NCBI GenBank assembly: GCA_947476535.1
Contig: CANJRC010000001.1
Coordinates: forward strand, 60,023-124,022
From: Betaproteobacteria bacterium
Lineage (GTDB): Bacteria; Pseudomonadota; Gammaproteobacteria; Burkholderiales; SG8-39
Direction: 5' to 3'
Length of the DNA stretch: 64,000 nt
Positions 61,101 through 64,000 of the stretch are shown here, in pieces. Made by a program: the position numbers and the translations under genes. The notes below the pieces were generated by a model. The model worked only from the letters and a program-made list of their open reading frames with translations. It was not told the DNA's origin and made no database searches. Position 1 is the first letter of the stretch, and each line of letters starts with the position of its first letter.

Positions 61101-61928
61101 CGCACCGGCCGCCGGGCCCGACTCAACGGCCGCCGCCGGCAGGTCGTGGATCTGCTCCTCCGAGGCAAGTCCGCCGTTGGACTGCATGACGAAAAGCCGC
61201 CCACCGAGAAGCTTCGCGCTGCGCAAGGATTGTGAAAGCTCCGACAGGTAAGCCGACACGATGGGCTTGAGCGCCGCATGCGCAACCGTCGTGGAGGTGC
61301 GCTCGTACTCGCCGATCTCCGGGACCATGTCACTGGAGGCGGAGACGGGTATGGCCGGCAGCAGCACCGTCAGGCGATCGCGCACCTGGCGCTCGTGGGC
61401 GGGATTGGCATAGGCGTTGAGGAAGCTGATGGCAACCGACTGGACGCCCATGTCGGCGATCCGCTTTGCAGCCGCGACAATCTCCGCGTCGTCGATCGGC
61501 TGCACGATTTCGCCGCGCGCGCCGATGCGCTCGCCGATTTCCAGGATGCGGTCGCGCGATACCAGCGCCGGCGGCGGCGACCAGTCCAGCGAATACAGGT
61601 TCTCGCGCTTCTGGCGGCGAAACGGCAGCACGTCGCGAAAGCCGCGCGTGGTCAAGAGCGCCGTTGGCGGCAACTTGTTCTCCAGCAGCGCGTTGGTGAA
61701 AACCGTGGTGGCGTGCAGCACGTGCTCCCAGGCCATGGCATCGCCCGCAATGTTGCCCACCGCCTTCACGACAGCGGCGGTGATGGTCGACAGATCGCTC
61801 GGCACCTTGGTCTTGAGCAGCGTGCCGTCTGCCGCGATGATCGCGATATCCGTAAACGTGCCGCCGATGTCGATGGCCAGCCGTGCCGCCCTGCCCGATG
61901 CCGGGGCGGATGTTCTTTTTGTGCTCAT
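58161..61928 (-). CDS. Fused hydantoinase A / hydantoinase B (N-methylhydantoinase / 5-oxoprolinase family)
   Basis: The N-terminal half has LAIDIGGTFTDIAI and FDMGGTTAK (HyuA). The C-terminal half has ALELFQNKMGTVVDRMAYTIARTAYS...DFSVAICDAQG (HyuB). Single ORF of 1255 aa from ATG 61928. Confidence 0.85.
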   Translation of the reverse strand: MSTKRTSAPASGRAARLAIDIGGTFTDIAIIAADGTLLKTKVPSDLSTITAAVVKAVGNIAGDAMAWEHVLHATTVFTNALLENKLPPTALLTTRGFRDVLPFRRQKRENLYSLDWSPPPALVSRDRILEIGERIGARGEIVQPIDDAEIVAAAKRIADMGVQSVAISFLNAYANPAHERQVRDRLTVLLPAIPVSASSDMVPEIGEYERTSTTVAHAALKPIVSAYLSELSQSLRSAKLLGGRLFVMQSNGGLASEEQIHDLPAAAVESGPAAGALFAGELCRAQGIARAISFDMGGTTAKAALIEDGRPGETRELRIGGEMHAGEGFRDRGGYVVRGRTVDVVEVGAGGGSICRVDEAGALRVGPASAGAVPGPACYGRGGALPTVTDAQVVLGIYETGVASGGVALDAGLARNAIDKHVAQPLKCSVEEAAWLINEVATSNMMRAIAAVTSERGRDPADFALVAFGGGGPAHACAISREMGITRIVVPVTADCFSAVGLHYCAVRRDAQQPWLRALKTLDSAALTAAFVAMENDLKAGMQRDALAPPQLEWRADLRLAGQSSEIPIPVPHGDGEQPGDLRELLSGRFVADYTREYGHLPPKGEIEIVNLRVRAESRFASQGSGAASMTDTPRPGGKAGPSTARVYFGREQGWLDCPRLSMADLSEKETPGPVLVQIGQATAVIPRGGAVKRCGSDLLDIRLPPRAAQVKAAPGWDGRAALELFQNKMGTVVDRMAYTIARTAYSTMASDSHDFSVAICDAQGRVVNQGLGVLIHLGSVTSAMEAIAASDLGPLEPGDVILLNDPYNGGTHLPDLILVSPAFAGSELIGHTVAIAHMIDIGGIAAGSFMTNAKELIQEGIIIPPVRLYSRGHLNHAVEAILGRNIRQPVETLGDLHSLVAATRIGAQRLQELATELGTPRLLSAMTDLIDYAEERGRRELSALGDSEAEFTDYLDNDGVTGEPVRYHIKLALRDGKVTADFTGSNPQVKAGINSTLSTTRSVLQWCLRTQMTEDYPDNAGFYRLLTIHSTPGTIVNSNNDAPVASRGLTAFRLVDCIFGAMAKMFPGRIWAAGDGSFDPLTIGGLRDDGSRFTMVEPVGGTTGARPTADGIEGVAPPIGNSRNTSIEVLERAFPVRILAYGSACGTGGQGTYRGGNAITRSYELLCDKAEVVIRSDRKRHAPWGLAGGLPGTPSKSVLVTADGKEIELPSRHVFEMLRGQRLIWRGASGGGYGPVAARDVKLVERDRREGRIE

Positions 61929-62007
61929 GAGTTTTTCACCACCAGAGAAAACCGCGAAGCACCCGCGATGTCGCAAGTGCAGCAACTGCCGTTCATTGCC
62001 TTCCTGT

Positions 62008-62925
62008 TCAACGCGCGCCCGGCGTCCATCCGGTCAGTTTGCGCACCGTCCCGCCAAGTAGCTGCTCCTTTTCCGACGCAGACAGTTGCGTGGTATGGAG
62101 GATGAAGTACAGCGCATCCGCGTAATTGTGCTTGCCCGGATAGGGCCGGTGCGCGACCTCGAATTCATTGCCCCAGCCGATGCGGCCCTGGAAGCGGCCC
62201 ACGTCGGACGCCCACATGACCCGCCCGGTGCCGAAGGCCTTGAGAATGCGATGGATGTTCGGCCAGATGTCGTCATAGGGATACGGCTGGTCGGAGAGCA
62301 CCGGCGCCCCGCACAGCTTCACGTACACGTTAGGGAGAGGCGCGAGCGCAAGCAGGTCGTCCAGCTCACTCCATGGGTTGGCTGTGTGCGGATTGAGCGG
62401 CGGCTGCGATATGCCCATGTGATCGGCGATGATTCGAAGCTTCGGGTATGCCTTCGCCGCGCGCCCCACCAGGTCCGACGATCCATAGGCGCTGCAGAAC
62501 AGCGGCCGGTCGTATTTCTGGCACGCAGCAAAGAGGCCATCGTAGGCGCCGGCATTGAACTTGTCCCGGCCGCGCTGGCCGGAGAGGTCCGTCGGCAGCT
62601 TGCCGAAGGAATGCCGGTGCCCCAGCACGCCAGGCAGGTCGCGCATGCGCGCCACCTCGTCCTCGACATTGGGCGCCTCGGCCGTCTTCAGGTGGAACAC
62701 GCCGCCAAGGCGCTGCGGCACCTGCCCCATGGCGCGCATCAGCCACGGCGGATCACCCGGATTCACGATGGCCGCGTCCACGCCCACGGCGTCCATCCAC
62801 CCGAGCATGAGTTCGGTCATCAGGTCATGCCGTGTCGTGTCGTCGATGCCGGCCCATTTCAGGCTCGGGCCGAAATCATGCAATTGCGAATCGATGATCT
62901 GCACACTACCCCCGTGACGCGGCAT
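62008..62925 (-). CDS. Amidohydrolase-2 family protein
   Basis: Start at MPRHGGSVQIIDSQLH (ATG 62925, 5 nt after the permease stop). DHMG and WASD motifs. The longer ORF to 63360 overlaps the permease gene and is rejected. Confidence 0.75.
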   Translation of the reverse strand: MPRHGGSVQIIDSQLHDFGPSLKWAGIDDTTRHDLMTELMLGWMDAVGVDAAIVNPGDPPWLMRAMGQVPQRLGGVFHLKTAEAPNVEDEVARMRDLPGVLGHRHSFGKLPTDLSGQRGRDKFNAGAYDGLFAACQKYDRPLFCSAYGSSDLVGRAAKAYPKLRIIADHMGISQPPLNPHTANPWSELDDLLALAPLPNVYVKLCGAPVLSDQPYPYDDIWPNIHRILKAFGTGRVMWASDVGRFQGRIGWGNEFEVAHRPYPGKHNYADALYFILHTTQLSASEKEQLLGGTVRKLTGWTPGAR

Positions 62926-62930
62926 TGACT

Positions 62931-63800
62931 TCAAATCGACTGCTGCACCACGTCCGCAGTCCCCGAACGCGGGCGCCAGCGCGTCAGCGATATCTCCAGC
63001 AGCTTGATCAAAGCATTGAGGAAGATGGCGAGCGCGGCAATGATCACCAGCACACCGAAGGTCCCTGCGGTATCGAGCAGGTCCTGTCGTTGTCGCAGCA
63101 ATTGCCCCATCCCGAACTGCGACACCAGCATTTCCCCAACGATGGCAGCAGAGATGGCGAAAGCGAGCGAGATGCGCAGGCCGGCAAACAGGAACGGCAC
63201 CGAGAACGGCAAGTACAGCCGCTTGAAGGTCAGCCAGCGCCCGGCACCCATCAGTCGCAGCGTGTCGATGAGGTCGGAGTCCACGCTGGTGATGGCAGCA
63301 TAGGTGTTGAGCAGCATGATGAAGTACACCACCGAAATCACCAGCGCGATCTTTGCCCACTCGTCGAGCCCGAACCAGAGGATGAACAGCGGCGCCAGCG
63401 CCACGCGCGGGAGGGTGTTGAGAGCGCTGATGATGGGATCGAAGAGCTTGTAGAGGAGCTTCGACTTGGCGAAGATGAAACCGGAGATGAGGCCGGCCCC
63501 GCCGCCGATGACCAGCCCGACGCTCGCCTCCACCAGCGTGGTGCGCAGGTGAATGAAGAAATTCTTCGTCTGCACGATCTTGGTCAGGAAAACGAAGATC
63601 GCCGACGGCCTGCTGAAGAAGAAATCATCCAGCACTTTGAGAATGGCCAAGCCCTCCCACAAACCCAGGATGGCCGCGATCACTGCAATCTGCGCCAGCA
63701 GCATCAGGCGCGGCCTGTGGATGAGTCCGCGTCGTTGCACGGGTGGCGGCGCGTCCGATGGTGCGACGCCTGCGGAATTGCGGTTGATCTGTGCGCTCAT
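62931..63800 (-). CDS. ABC transporter permease (NitT/TauT / BPD_transp_1 family)
   Basis: Six TM helices and an EAA-like loop (DTLRLMGAGRWLTFKRLYLPFSVP). Confidence 0.85.
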   Translation of the reverse strand: MSAQINRNSAGVAPSDAPPPVQRRGLIHRPRLMLLAQIAVIAAILGLWEGLAILKVLDDFFFSRPSAIFVFLTKIVQTKNFFIHLRTTLVEASVGLVIGGGAGLISGFIFAKSKLLYKLFDPIISALNTLPRVALAPLFILWFGLDEWAKIALVISVVYFIMLLNTYAAITSVDSDLIDTLRLMGAGRWLTFKRLYLPFSVPFLFAGLRISLAFAISAAIVGEMLVSQFGMGQLLRQRQDLLDTAGTFGVLVIIAALAIFLNALIKLLEISLTRWRPRSGTADVVQQSI

Positions 63801-63822
63801 GCGTTCGAGTCCGTTTCAAAAT

Positions 63823-63892
63823 GAGGGGATACATCCCCTCATACTCCCCTACATCGGGAGCCATTTCAGTATTTCTGAAATGGCCTCTTAGA
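63823..63892 (+). repeat. Two-module intergenic repeat, copy C
   Basis: GAGGGGATACATCCCCTCATACTCCCCTACATCGGGAGCCATTTCAGTATTTCTGAAATGGCCTCTTAGA. Lies 23 nt upstream of the permease start codon but in the opposite orientation. Confidence 0.85.
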
Positions 63893-64000
63893 TGCCCTCT
63901 CCATGACTTCCGATTCAGTCCGAGGTGCCCAGTACGGCCAGGTCCTTGGACTCGATGCCCTCCAGTTGCGTATCACGCGCCGGTATCGGCATCCAGCCAT

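Noticed and set aside
62008-63360. 450-aa version of the amidohydrolase ORF, and similar N-terminal over-extensions (2240..3475, 3157..3633, 3557..4768, 13169..14866, 45846..46907).
   Set aside because: The extensions overlap the upstream genes in another frame and lack family similarity. Internal starts with an RBS or ATGA-type coupling fit better.
63915-64000. Possible 3' end of a minus-strand CDS running off the right edge (…GWMPIPARDTQLEGIESKDLAVLGTSD*), perhaps the missing ABC ATPase.
   Set aside because: Only 28 codons are visible with no diagnostic motif, so this cannot be supported from the window alone.
1-64000. Searched by eye for CRISPR arrays, tRNA/rRNA genes, IS elements, integrases, toxin-antitoxin pairs and phage genes.
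   Set aside because: None found. The intergenic regions are short (mostly under 300 bp), and the only repeats present are the dispersed palindromic elements reported above.

Overview
This is a high-GC bacterial chromosomal segment, roughly two-thirds G+C by eye. The gene content looks like a Burkholderiales-type betaproteobacterium: two Bug/TctC-family binding proteins, many orphan solute-binding proteins and REP-like palindromes. That taxonomic call is inference only. I can support about 51 protein-coding genes and 1-2 pseudogenes. I saw no rRNA, tRNA, CRISPR array, IS element or phage gene.

Layout:
- 180-2172: an amidohydrolase and a chalcone-isomerase-like gene broken by an in-frame TAG.
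- 2240-14836: an all-minus-strand catabolic block. It holds a lactonase-like gene, a DUF35 + SCP-x-type thiolase pair, a VOC gene, three KstD-like flavoproteins, two SDRs and two binding proteins.
- 15128-19040: three cytochromes plus an OmpR/HK two-component pair.
- 20162-24571: an RND adaptor and pump.
- 24587-26854: a pyridine-nucleotide-disulfide oxidoreductase fused to SelD.
- 27124-28791: DUF47 + Pit.
- 28926-39708: mixed genes (TauD-like, divergent malic-enzyme-like, methyltransferase, two GMC oxidoreductases, EamA, cupin, membrane Mrr-like nuclease).
- 39776-50790: the key locus, described below.
- 51130-54089: two deazaflavin-type (DDN-like) paralogs around fmdB-like, arsC-family and ylqF genes.
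- 54278-63800: a second catabolic/transport block (two binding proteins, a GMC oxidoreductase, a fused hydantoinase A/B, an amidohydrolase and an ABC permease).

Headline finding: two convergent paralogous genes (40884-42515 + and 42538-44310 -) are each split in the ORF track by a single in-frame TGA. The TGA falls at a homologous U-G-[A/S]-C motif. Each TGA is followed, after exactly 11 nt, by an 18-19 nt hairpin with GUGU at its apex, which is the geometry of a bacterial SECIS element. A SelD fusion gene lies 14 kb away in the same window. I read these as two candidate selenoproteins with a large C-terminal domain I cannot assign to a family. One of them ends a minus-strand gene run of cyclase, OYE/FadH-like reductase, Bug, MmgE/PrpD and the selenoprotein.

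Secondary findings:
- a two-module intergenic repeat family whose second hairpin differs in sequence but keeps its structure;
- REP-like palindromes with compensatory substitutions;
- two over-represented AT-rich boxes in intergenic regions;
- an unusually high number of tandem paralog pairs;
- no one-component transcription factor among about 50 genes.

All product calls rest on motif and family recognition by eye. No database search was run.
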